A DNA stretch of 64,000 nucleotides, taken from assembly GCA_030148915.1 (NCBI GenBank), contig JASBSN010000013.1, positions 8,378 to 72,377 of the forward strand. The letters are read 5' to 3'. The stretch is from Thiogranum sp. GTDB taxonomy: Bacteria; Pseudomonadota; Gammaproteobacteria; DSM-19610. Shown piece after piece: positions 11,760-20,143 of the stretch; position 1 is the first letter of the stretch, and the number at the start of each line of letters is the position of its first letter. The translations under genes were made by a program, and so were the position numbers. Below the pieces are notes generated by a model, which ran no database searches, was not told where the DNA came from, and saw only the letters and a program-made list of their open reading frames with translations.

Positions 11760-13574
11760 TCAGGGTTGATAACGCAGGGTCACGAGCAGGCTGCGCCCCG
11801 GCTGGTTATAGAACGCGGCGGTCTCGTAGTCCTTGTCGAGTAGATTCACGATACGCGCCTGCAATCGCCAGTCGCGGGTGAGCGCATACTCGGCGCGCAG
11901 ATCGACGGTGCCATAGCCGCCAAGCCTGCGCGTGTTCGCAAGATCGTCGTAGCGTTTGCCCGCCGCGAGCAGCGTAGCGCCGAATGTGTATTGGCCGAAG
12001 CGGCGATCGGCATCGACACGGAAGGATTGGCGGGCCCGCCGCGGCAGCACGTTGCCGTCATTGGTGTCGCCGGAACGGTTCTCGGGATCGAGCAACGTCA
12101 GGTTCGTGTTCAGATCCCAGTTTCCGAGTCGCGTGCCGAGTACGGCTTCCAGGCCGCGGATGCGCGCCTGGTCGATGTTGGCGGGTGCGAAGGTGCTGGC
12201 ATCGAAGGCGATCAAATCATCGATGCGGGTCTCGTAGGCGTTGATCGTCCAGTGTCCCCAGGCGGCTTTGCTGCCAAGGCCAAGCTCGATGCTGTCTGAC
12301 TCTTCGGGCCGCAGGTTGGGATTACCAAACCCCGGGAAGTAAAGTTCGTTGAAGGTCGGTGCCTTGAAGGCGGTGCCGTAGGACGCCGTGAGCCGCAGGC
12401 CCTCGTTCAGCGCGTAACCCCAGGCCGCCCCACCGGTGTTCCGGTTGCCGAACTGTTCGTTGTCGTCACGACGCAGGGACAATTGCACATCGTGGGCGCC
12501 GAATCTCCCCTGGTACTGCGTGAACAGTCCGGTGTTGTCTCGCGAGCTGATGGCATAGGCAGTGGTGCTGTCGACCCGGTCGTCCTGGAAGTCGGTGCCG
12601 ACCGTGAGCAGATGATCGAGAGCGATGGAAAGATCGTTCTGGAAAGAGAGCGTATCCCGCTCCGTGTCGAAGCGGCTCTGGAAGGTGCCGTCCTTGAAGT
12701 TGTCGGACTCGTCGCGGCTTTGTCCTGCGGCGAGCGTGATCTGCCAGATGTCCAGTGGCGAGAAGCGCAGCGTCCCGCCCAGCACCTGTTGGATGGACTC
12801 GGATTCGTTGACGAAGCTGCCGTCGAACTCGGTGTCGCCGTCGGTATGCAGGGCGTGGATGTCCACCTCGGCGCCATTGTCGAAGCGGTAGCCCGCACGC
12901 AGGGAACCCGAGAGATTGCTGTAGCCGTCCTTGTCCGGCTCGGTGGTGAAACAGCCGGCGGAAAGGCTGCCGTTGCAGGCATTGAACCCTTCGGTGTCGA
13001 TACCGCTTGCGCTCAGGCTGAACCAGCCGCGCTCACCGCCGCCGGAAACGCCAGCCGAGGCGTTGTAGGTCTCGTAGCTGCCGCCGCCGAGACTGACATA
13101 GGGCTTTAGAGTACCGCCGCCCTTGCGTGTGAAGATCTGGATCACCCCACCGATGGCCTCGGAGCCATACAGGCTGGAACGCGGCCCGCGTACGATCTCG
13201 ATGCGTTCGATCTGTTCGACGGGAATGTCCTGGAACGCCGTAGTGCCCAGCGTCGCCGAGCCGACCTTGACGCCGTCGATCAGGACCAGCACATGGTCGG
13301 ATTCGGTACCGCGCAGGAATACCGAGGTGGCCTTGCCGGGGCCGCCGTTGTTGGCGATGTCCACACCCGGGATACCACGCAGCAGATCCTGGACGGATTG
13401 CGCCTGCTGGCGCTCGATGTCCTTGCGTGTAATGACGGTCACCGAAGCCAACGTCTCGTCCGCGGTCCGGGCGGTGCGGGTCGCGGTGACGATGACGGGA
13501 TCGATCTCGGCGGCAAAGACAGAGGGGGAGCCCAACAGCAGCAATGCCGCCGTAGGCAGACAGCGTTTCTTCAT
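11760..13574 (-). CDS. btuB: TonB-dependent vitamin B12 receptor
   Basis: Signal peptide, TonB box (VIVTATR), plug motifs (LRGTESDHVLVLIDG, RIEIVRGPRSSLYGSEAIGGVI), beta-barrel; riboswitch upstream. Start MKKRCL at 13574. Confidence 0.93.
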   Translation of the reverse strand: MKKRCLPTAALLLLGSPSVFAAEIDPVIVTATRTARTADETLASVTVITRKDIERQQAQSVQDLLRGIPGVDIANNGGPGKATSVFLRGTESDHVLVLIDGVKVGSATLGTTAFQDIPVEQIERIEIVRGPRSSLYGSEAIGGVIQIFTRKGGGTLKPYVSLGGGSYETYNASAGVSGGGERGWFSLSASGIDTEGFNACNGSLSAGCFTTEPDKDGYSNLSGSLRAGYRFDNGAEVDIHALHTDGDTEFDGSFVNESESIQQVLGGTLRFSPLDIWQITLAAGQSRDESDNFKDGTFQSRFDTERDTLSFQNDLSIALDHLLTVGTDFQDDRVDSTTAYAISSRDNTGLFTQYQGRFGAHDVQLSLRRDDNEQFGNRNTGGAAWGYALNEGLRLTASYGTAFKAPTFNELYFPGFGNPNLRPEESDSIELGLGSKAAWGHWTINAYETRIDDLIAFDASTFAPANIDQARIRGLEAVLGTRLGNWDLNTNLTLLDPENRSGDTNDGNVLPRRARQSFRVDADRRFGQYTFGATLLAAGKRYDDLANTRRLGGYGTVDLRAEYALTRDWRLQARIVNLLDKDYETAAFYNQPGRSLLVTLRYQP

Positions 13575-13579
13575 TCTTA

Positions 13580-13640
13580 TTTCCTCAGGCGCACTCACCC
13601 GCGCGCCAATCGGTGCGACACAAAGACACCGCGGAGGAAA
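13580..13640 (-). promoter_or_regulatory. putative anti-Shine-Dalgarno/SD hairpin (riboswitch expression platform)
   Basis: Minus-strand TTTCCTC (13634-13640) is complementary to the btuB RBS GAGGAAA (13580-13586). Confidence 0.45.
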
Positions 13641-13714
13641 AAGAATCAGACGGAAACAGGGGAGAAGAACGACCTGTCAGCCGCAGCATCGCCCTCCGCA
13701 ATGCCAACCAACGG

Positions 13715-13920
13715 CTTCAGGCCGGTCTCCGGGCTCGCGAGGGGTCTTGAAAGACCTGGGCGGATCGCCTTCCCACGTCGAAACGCAGTGGCTCAATGAT
13801 CCGCCGCAACTCGCTTACCGTTGCGGGGGCAGCGCCGGAATTGTTCGTTGACGAAATGTCAGGAACGCACCGGCTTCCCGTTTCATCCCTTGGGTGGATA
13901 CCTTTGGGACACCTGAAGCA
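13715..13920 (-). ncRNA. cobalamin (AdoCbl) riboswitch
   Basis: Minus strand reads GCTTCAGGTG...AAACGGGAAGCCGGTG...CCGGCGCTGCCCCCGCAACGGTAA...GCCACTG...GGGAAGG...GAGCCCGGAGACCGGCCTGAAG. The P1 ends pair (CTTCAGG/CCTGAAG). Confidence 0.95.
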
Positions 13921-13929
13921 GATTGGCGG

Positions 13930-13958
13930 AAACTATAGAAATCCCGAAGAGGTGTCAA
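13930..13958 (-). promoter_or_regulatory. sigma70 promoter for the riboswitch/btuB operon
   Basis: TTGACA-N17-TAGTTT; predicted start site falls just before riboswitch P1. Confidence 0.6.
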
Positions 13959-14141
13959 GCCCGAAAAATCAAATGGCGCCAGTTAGTTGAAGGCCAGCTG
14001 GTTGTGTTTGCTCGTAAAACAAGTGATGTGGACCACTCGATACACATGCACAGAAACCACAGCGCATCTTGATCGAGTTTCCCATTTCCTAATCTCTTTC
14101 CGCGACTCACGATAGCCCATCTCATTCTCAGTGGGCCATTC

Positions 14142-14636
14142 GTGCAGATGATCGGTAATAGATATTCACTATGCTTCTTTTTGCCGATATCGGCTCTTCT
14201 CGCGCTCCTTGTCGCCACCGTTGCACAGGCGGGTCAATTGGTAGAGAAGCGCCCCCACCTCGTCGAGGTCTTCACCACGACTGAATTGCCTGTGGGCGGT
14301 GAGGTTGCTATCACCAGCGAGGCGACTCACGCGAAAACGGAAGTCCATGTCTATGAACTGGACGGCATCCAGCGTGTCGAGGCAAAGCTGTCTCAGGGCC
14401 TTTCGGCCGACCCCGAGCAATCCAAACAAGTCGTGCTGCAACGCTTTCAGCAACTGCATGAGGATGATCACGCACGAATGCAGCGTGCCGCGATGGGCCT
14501 GGCGAAGACGATGCAGTACGGTATCGACCGCTATCCAGCCGTCGTATTCGATGGTGAGGTCGCGATCTATGGCGTGACCGACATCGACGAAGCACTGCGT
14601 CGCTATCAACAGTGGCGGGAAGGCCAAATTCGATGA
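14142..14636 (+). CDS. TIGR03757/DUF1525 family ICE protein
   Basis: Signal peptide, VEVFTT, and AMGLAKTMQYGIDRYPAVVFD..YGVTD pattern; first gene of the canonical 03757-03756-03755-TraG block. Confidence 0.85.
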   Translation: MQMIGNRYSLCFFLPISALLALLVATVAQAGQLVEKRPHLVEVFTTTELPVGGEVAITSEATHAKTEVHVYELDGIQRVEAKLSQGLSADPEQSKQVVLQRFQQLHEDDHARMQRAAMGLAKTMQYGIDRYPAVVFDGEVAIYGVTDIDEALRRYQQWREGQIR

Positions 14637-15661
14637 CAGGGCGCAGGGTTCTATCACTTGCTTTGACCGCATTTCTGGCGATACCGTTGCCTGGAAAGGC
14701 GGGTTCCATCACGACACCGGAGATCGTAGCCAAGACGACGGCCGCGGCATTTGCCTGTATGCAGTGGATGCCCATCGGTACGTGTTTCTGGTTACGCTGT
14801 TCCTGGACCGGTTGCAGTGTCAGAACTTCACTCAAGGTTGGACATTACAACCCGGACCTGGTGGTCAGCAGTTACAACGAGCTGGGCGGAAATCCCTGGG
14901 TGGAGATCCGGGCGACGCTCGGCCTTGCCCAGAAGACGGCGGCCAACGGATTGCTCGGGTCGCTATTGCCGGTCCCCATCGACAGTGCCGGCAACCGCAC
15001 CGAAGGAACGTCCGGCAACCGTGATCACAAGAACATGATCTTCCGTGAGACGGATGCCATCGGCCATCCGCTCAGTTCGCTCTCCGGCATCGTCGCAGGC
15101 GTGGGCATGTTGTGCCAGACCGAGACGACGTCCTTCGTTCCCTATTTCCAGTCCGGGCTCGATGCGCTGTCCTGGCGTCAGGAAGTGCCGGAGACCTTCT
15201 ATCCCGCGAGTTTTATTCCGGGACTGCGCGAGATAGGCACCTGGCCATTGCAGACCTGGGGTGGGGTGTATCCACGCACCGGCTGGACCACGCAGGCTGA
15301 AGAGCCCAAGGCCGCGGCCATTAACGCCCAGCGCACCGGAGACATCGTGACCCGCACGGCGCAGCCGCACGTCTACGTTCCGGTCACCGCCTCGTCGTCT
15401 TCGACCCAGCGAGTGTGGTCGCCTGGACCGCTGATGGAGAAAGACCATCGCACCGGTACCTGGCAAATGCTGGTACCGCGTACCGAGACGAGCTGCGACG
15501 TGTTCGGTACCAATGACCTGGCGACACTGACGGGGTGGGGTGGCGGTCGGGTCGATAGCGAGGGCGACTACGTTTGGAACCTCTGGCGTCCCTACAAGTG
15601 TTGCCAGCGGCGCGGTCAGTGGTTCCTGTTCGACATCGACTGGATTTCCTACCCGCCATGA
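14633..15661 (+). CDS. TIGR03756 family ICE protein (TraU-like)
   Basis: CMQW..IGTCFWL.C, KVGHYNPDLVVSSY, WG.VYPR.GW and WNLWRPYKCC motifs; ATGA overlap with the upstream gene. Confidence 0.9.
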   Translation: MTGRRVLSLALTAFLAIPLPGKAGSITTPEIVAKTTAAAFACMQWMPIGTCFWLRCSWTGCSVRTSLKVGHYNPDLVVSSYNELGGNPWVEIRATLGLAQKTAANGLLGSLLPVPIDSAGNRTEGTSGNRDHKNMIFRETDAIGHPLSSLSGIVAGVGMLCQTETTSFVPYFQSGLDALSWRQEVPETFYPASFIPGLREIGTWPLQTWGGVYPRTGWTTQAEEPKAAAINAQRTGDIVTRTAQPHVYVPVTASSSSTQRVWSPGPLMEKDHRTGTWQMLVPRTETSCDVFGTNDLATLTGWGGGRVDSEGDYVWNLWRPYKCCQRRGQWFLFDIDWISYPP

Positions 15662-17043
15662 AGCACAAGCAAAGATACTCAATGGCCACGACACACCGAT
15701 CCACGCGGATCATTCCACGCAATGCCTTCGTGTTGCTGCTGATCGCGCTGTTGCTGTCGAAAAACGCATACGCCGCCAAGGCACCGACGGAAGACAGCCT
15801 ATGGTATTACGAGATCGGCGGCGCGGAGCCGGTGTCGGCGCCTGCCAATCCTTCGGTGGTCTCAGTCACCCTGGGTGGATCGGCGCAACTCGGTATCGGT
15901 TACAGCTGCGGCAAGTTCGATCCCGTCGCGGCGGTCACCAACACGTTGAACGACATCGGTGCCGGCGTCGACAACATGATGAACGCTATGACCGCCGCAG
16001 CGAGTGCCGCCATCGCGGCCCTGCCGGCACTCATTCTGCAACGAGCCAACCCCGGACTCTACGACATGTTCCAGAATGCGCTGTTGCAGGCCGAGGAGAC
16101 CATGCAACTCGCCACCAAGTCCTGCGAACAGATGGAAGCTGAGATCGCCAAGGGCAAAAATCCCTATGCCGATCTCATCACCTTGTCCAAGGGCAACGAC
16201 TGGAAACTTCAGATGGGTGTCGGCGGCAACGACGCCGTGACCGCGAAGACCGCGGTCGAGACATCCAACGGTGACAACGGTGTCCCATGGATCGGCGGTC
16301 AGGCCGGTGGCTCGGGGCAACCGGTGCTGGAGTTCACCGGCGACATCGTCAAGGCCGGTTACAACATCAACATGAACCGTCCCATCACAGCGGCGGGACC
16401 CGTGCCGCCGGCGTCGGCAACCCGGCTGTCCGAGGTCTGGGCCACACCCGCAGACGCCAGAGACTGGGTAGTGGACGTGGTGGGCGAGAACATCGTCACC
16501 ACGTGTGATACCTGCCGCAAGGACAGCATTCCCGGCACCGGCCTGCTGCCGAAGCTCTACCAGGAATCGAGCGCGGTGACGGTGGAGATTCAGAGTCTGG
16601 TCAGCGGCGCGACGCCGCCGACTCTGGCGAACCTGGAGAACATCACCGCGCCCGGTGTGGCCATTACGCGCCAGGTCATCGAGGCGATCCGGGAGATGCC
16701 GGCCTCCGAGCAGAGCCTGATCATGGGGCGGCTGGTCTCGGAAATCAGTACCGCGCGCACGGTGGAAAAGGCCTTGTTCGCCCGGCGACTGCTACTCACC
16801 GGTCGGCAGGTGCCGGAGGTCTATGCGACCGAAGTCGCCCGTGAGCATGCCGACACCTCCATTGCCGAGTTGGATAAGGAGATCGAGAACCTACTGTTCG
16901 AGACGCGGGTGCGCAAGGAAGTCGTCTCCGACACGGTGAGCATGTTGCTGCAACGCGCCGCCGCACGCCGCCAGTCATCCTTGAACACACCCACCGTGCC
17001 GACCATCGATCCGCGGCCTTTGAGCAATGGTCGTGTTCCGTAA
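15658..17043 (+). CDS. TIGR03755 family ICE protein
   Basis: YYEIGGAEPV, YSCGKFDP, ALILQRANPGLY, KSCEQME and GVPWIGG motifs. Confidence 0.9.
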   Translation: MKHKQRYSMATTHRSTRIIPRNAFVLLLIALLLSKNAYAAKAPTEDSLWYYEIGGAEPVSAPANPSVVSVTLGGSAQLGIGYSCGKFDPVAAVTNTLNDIGAGVDNMMNAMTAAASAAIAALPALILQRANPGLYDMFQNALLQAEETMQLATKSCEQMEAEIAKGKNPYADLITLSKGNDWKLQMGVGGNDAVTAKTAVETSNGDNGVPWIGGQAGGSGQPVLEFTGDIVKAGYNINMNRPITAAGPVPPASATRLSEVWATPADARDWVVDVVGENIVTTCDTCRKDSIPGTGLLPKLYQESSAVTVEIQSLVSGATPPTLANLENITAPGVAITRQVIEAIREMPASEQSLIMGRLVSEISTARTVEKALFARRLLLTGRQVPEVYATEVAREHADTSIAELDKEIENLLFETRVRKEVVSDTVSMLLQRAAARRQSSLNTPTVPTIDPRPLSNGRVP

Positions 17044-17053
17044 CGGCATTGCC

Positions 17054-17410
17054 ATGCGCCGGCGCTGGTTCGTGCTGCTGACGCTGTTGGTGTTCGGGCT
17101 GACGTTGGGCATCGGCGCCTTCCTCTGGCACGCCGTGCAAGCCTCGTCCGTCGTCGCGATCCAGAGCCGAATCGAGGTAATGAAGCCGGTCTTCACCGCG
17201 ATTCGGTTTCTGGTAATCGGCTTGGTCGTCCTGTCATGGCCGGTGGCTACGCGAGTGCTCCATCGATGGGGGCGTGTCGATGAGGCAGGTGCGACGCGAC
17301 TGCTGTCGCTGCGTTGGCGGGTCGTGACCTGGCTGCTCGTGGTCGAACTGCTGCTCGGCCAGAATCTCCTGAGCCATTTCGTTGCTGCATTGCAGGGGGA
17401 CAGGGCATGA
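17054..17410 (+). CDS. small membrane protein of the ICE core (precedes TraG_N)
   Basis: Three hydrophobic segments; stop overlaps the TraG start; conserved position in PFGI-1-type ICEs. Confidence 0.7.
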   Translation: MRRRWFVLLTLLVFGLTLGIGAFLWHAVQASSVVAIQSRIEVMKPVFTAIRFLVIGLVVLSWPVATRVLHRWGRVDEAGATRLLSLRWRVVTWLLVVELLLGQNLLSHFVAALQGDRA

Positions 17411-18972
17411 CGGTCGACAGCTATCTCGAGCTCTTCACCACGCTGTTCGGCTGGGCCTTCTATGGCATCCTCTGGGATGTGCTGGTGGGAACGGGCATCG
17501 TGTTCCTGCCTTTTCTCGGTATTCTAATCAATAACTGGCGGGAGCCTGCCGAAGGCGGCCAGTTCGGGACCGTCACCGGCCTGTCGTTGCGCCGAATGGA
17601 GATCGAACTGTTCATCGCGCTGCTGGTCGTGGTACTGGCCGGGCAGCCGGCCGCGCTGACGCCGCTCAACTCCGGCACCCTCAGCTACACACCACCGCCA
17701 ACTTTGATCGATCCCACGCCCGCCACCGCAACGGTTGGTGCGCCCCAGAGCACCTACGGCACCACCGGGTTCACCGGTTCGCCGGCGACGGTGAACATCC
17801 CGGTGTGGTGGTATGCGGTGCTGGCGATGACCTCGGGCTTGAACCACGCCGTGGTCGAAGGCCTGCCTTCGTCCGCCGATATGCGCACCTACGAACAACA
17901 GGCCCATCTGGCCACCATCGCCGATCCGCGCCTGCGGCAGGAAGCCAGTGACTTCTTCAGCCAGTGCTATATTCCGGCGCGCTCGAAATACCAAGCCGAG
18001 CGGCCGGCAACCGCCGCGGTCAATGCACTGTTGAGCACCTACGGACCGGACGATCCCGACTGGATGGGCTCGCACGTCTACCGCGACACGCCCGGTTTTT
18101 ACGACACGTTCCGGCCGGCCATGCAGATCTCGGGCTGGACCTATAATTCGGTGCGCGACACCGAATACGATCCCGCCGCGCCGCCCACGTGGGGCAAGCC
18201 CTACTGCAAACAATGGTGGGAAGACGGCACGATCGGATTGCGAGAGAAATTGATCAACGAGGCCGATGCGACATCCGCCGGATTCTCGGGTCTCGTGGTC
18301 GCCGTAGCGCCGGTGCTGGCAACCGAGAAGCAGAACGACGCCGTCGCCCGCACCGTGCTCACCAACTCCCCACCGAGTTGGTCCAACAACGATCTCGTGG
18401 CAAACAATTCCGGCAGTACCGGTCTGCTGAGCGCGGCCGAGAACTTCGTGAAAGGCGGTCTGGCCTCGGGCGGGGTGATCACCGCATCGGCCATGTTTTC
18501 GGTCACCATGACCGCTGTCCTGCAGGCACTACCCATGGTGCAGGCCGTGCTTCTGCTCGGCATCTACGCCTTGCTGCCCATGGTGGTGGTGTTGTCGCGT
18601 TACTCCCTCTCCATGATGGTCATCGGCGCCATGGCCATCTTCACCGTCAAGTTCTGGAGCGTGCTCTGGTACCTTGCGCTGTGGGTGGATCAGAACCTCA
18701 TCATGTCCATGTACCCGGACGTCAACATCTTCCTGCAGATTTTCGCCAATCCCGGCGAGCACGATATCAAACGCATGCTGCTCAACATGATCACGACCAG
18801 CCTCTATCTGGGCTTGCCGTTGTTGTGGAGCGGGATGATGGCGTGGGCGGGGGTGAAAGTCGGACGGTCGATCGATGCAGCTGCCAACCCGCTACGGGCT
18901 CCGGCTCAAGATGCCGGGAGCCAGGGCGGAAGCATTGGGAAGATGGCGGTTACGAAAGGAATAAAGCGTTAA
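17407..18972 (+). CDS. traG: conjugal transfer protein, TraG N-terminal domain
   Basis: DSYLELFTTLFGW, VPVWWY, F..QCY.PARSK and ALPMVQAVLL motifs. Confidence 0.88.
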   Translation: MTVDSYLELFTTLFGWAFYGILWDVLVGTGIVFLPFLGILINNWREPAEGGQFGTVTGLSLRRMEIELFIALLVVVLAGQPAALTPLNSGTLSYTPPPTLIDPTPATATVGAPQSTYGTTGFTGSPATVNIPVWWYAVLAMTSGLNHAVVEGLPSSADMRTYEQQAHLATIADPRLRQEASDFFSQCYIPARSKYQAERPATAAVNALLSTYGPDDPDWMGSHVYRDTPGFYDTFRPAMQISGWTYNSVRDTEYDPAAPPTWGKPYCKQWWEDGTIGLREKLINEADATSAGFSGLVVAVAPVLATEKQNDAVARTVLTNSPPSWSNNDLVANNSGSTGLLSAAENFVKGGLASGGVITASAMFSVTMTAVLQALPMVQAVLLLGIYALLPMVVVLSRYSLSMMVIGAMAIFTVKFWSVLWYLALWVDQNLIMSMYPDVNIFLQIFANPGEHDIKRMLLNMITTSLYLGLPLLWSGMMAWAGVKVGRSIDAAANPLRAPAQDAGSQGGSIGKMAVTKGIKR

Positions 18973-19202
18973 TCCTTTTCATACCAACCAGATGCGTCAG
19001 TGCCATCGTCTAGTTTTCCGGTTCGATAGTTTAGAATTCCACCGCGGATAGAACTATTCAGCTCATCGTCGGCAGATTTTGTCTTAGCACCTGCGGCAAG
19101 GAGTAAAGCGCCGTTAAGAACGAACCGCAGGGCGGCTCTAGCCAACTGATACGACGTCCGAAAGACTAATCCGACAATCCGCTTTGATGAATTGCGTGCC
19201 AT
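18969..19202 (-). CDS. small hypothetical protein convergent on traG
   Basis: 77 aa with one hydrophobic stretch and a C-terminal GILNYRTGKLDDGTDASGWYEKD; sits where small ICE proteins commonly follow traG. Confidence 0.45.
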   Translation of the reverse strand: MARNSSKRIVGLVFRTSYQLARAALRFVLNGALLLAAGAKTKSADDELNSSIRGGILNYRTGKLDDGTDASGWYEKD

Positions 19203-19378
19203 CGAAGTTTCCTCCGCATGCAGACGAAAAACCTAATATAACCCACTTTAATTCTTCGGGTGAGATTCTCATCGTTTCTTTGCACGAAATCCGGCATGCA
19301 ATTGGGCTTCACCAGATGTCGAACTTGCTCTGCGAGTTGCTTGTAACCCTGGTTCGCATAGATGCAATCAGTGACCAA

Positions 19379-20143
19379 TCATGTGCCAAGGAACCGCTCC
19401 CGAAACGCTCGCCGGCCTTGGTCGTAAGGCGCCGGATTGGTGGCATGCGGGACCGGCGCACTTCTGTCGCCGATGAGGTAATTAATCCGATAAGTGCAGT
19501 TGCCCGATGGGTGCAGCATGCCACCGACCACCCGATCCGGCTTCAGAACACACTCCTGGATCAGACGGTCCAGCACCTTCTGGACTTGCGGCCCCAACCC
19601 GATGAATACGGCATCCCTCAGTTCTTCGACCTCCACCGCAAAGTTCTCCAGCAGGTATTGCCGCAGTAACGGGTGCTTGGTCATGTCCGGGGTGCCACGG
19701 TAATCGTTGTCCTTGACGAACACCGGATACCGCAGGAGGGATGTGGTCTGCACCAGGTGATGTGATCTGACGAATAGATCGGCCGAATCGCTCAGATCGA
19801 GCCACTGATGGAAGCCCCAATGATTGAGCTGATTGATCAGGTTGCTGCGCAGCGGCTCGCCACTGAAGGCGCCGACGCTCTTGGCGTCCCGGATCGCTTC
19901 CGCGCTGGATTTACCGGCCTGAAGCGCGCGCCGCGCTTCGTTGTTGGCGTTAACCATCTGTGTGGGGCCAGGCGTTATCCCGACCAGGACGATTCGTGCG
20001 CTCTGGTTGATGTACTCGAACGGCGCGTAGTAGATCTTCAAGTCACCGCTTGCGTCCATCAACAGTCGCGGGTCGCGCACCTCTGGAGGGTGCGCGTCAT
20101 CACATAGGACCGAAGCGTACTTCTCGATCAGACAGGTGTTCAC
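19379..20143 (-). CDS. uracil-DNA glycosylase superfamily-like protein
   Basis: IVLVGITPG (compare MUG ILFVGINPG), FIGLG strand and MLHPSG (UDG motif 2). GTG start overlaps the upstream TAG (TAGTG). Confidence 0.65.
   Translation of the reverse strand: MNTCLIEKYASVLCDDAHPPEVRDPRLLMDASGDLKIYYAPFEYINQSARIVLVGITPGPTQMVNANNEARRALQAGKSSAEAIRDAKSVGAFSGEPLRSNLINQLNHWGFHQWLDLSDSADLFVRSHHLVQTTSLLRYPVFVKDNDYRGTPDMTKHPLLRQYLLENFAVEVEELRDAVFIGLGPQVQKVLDRLIQECVLKPDRVVGGMLHPSGNCTYRINYLIGDRSAPVPHATNPAPYDQGRRAFRERFLGT

Noticed and set aside
382-13851. Many long plus-strand and alternate-frame ORFs over the cob operon (e.g. 4851-6530, 12483-13109)
   Set aside because: Shadow ORFs of GC-rich genes: Arg/Ala/Pro-rich, no motifs, and fully overlapping well-supported genes.
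13965-14000. TGGCGCCA as a possible minus-strand tRNA end or attL
   Set aside because: No T-loop or stem, and no similarity to the 58.2 kb att core.
19166-19703. ORFs 19184-19669 (+) and 19166-19378 (-)
   Set aside because: The first is largely antisense to the UDG-like gene; neither has a recognisable motif or RBS.
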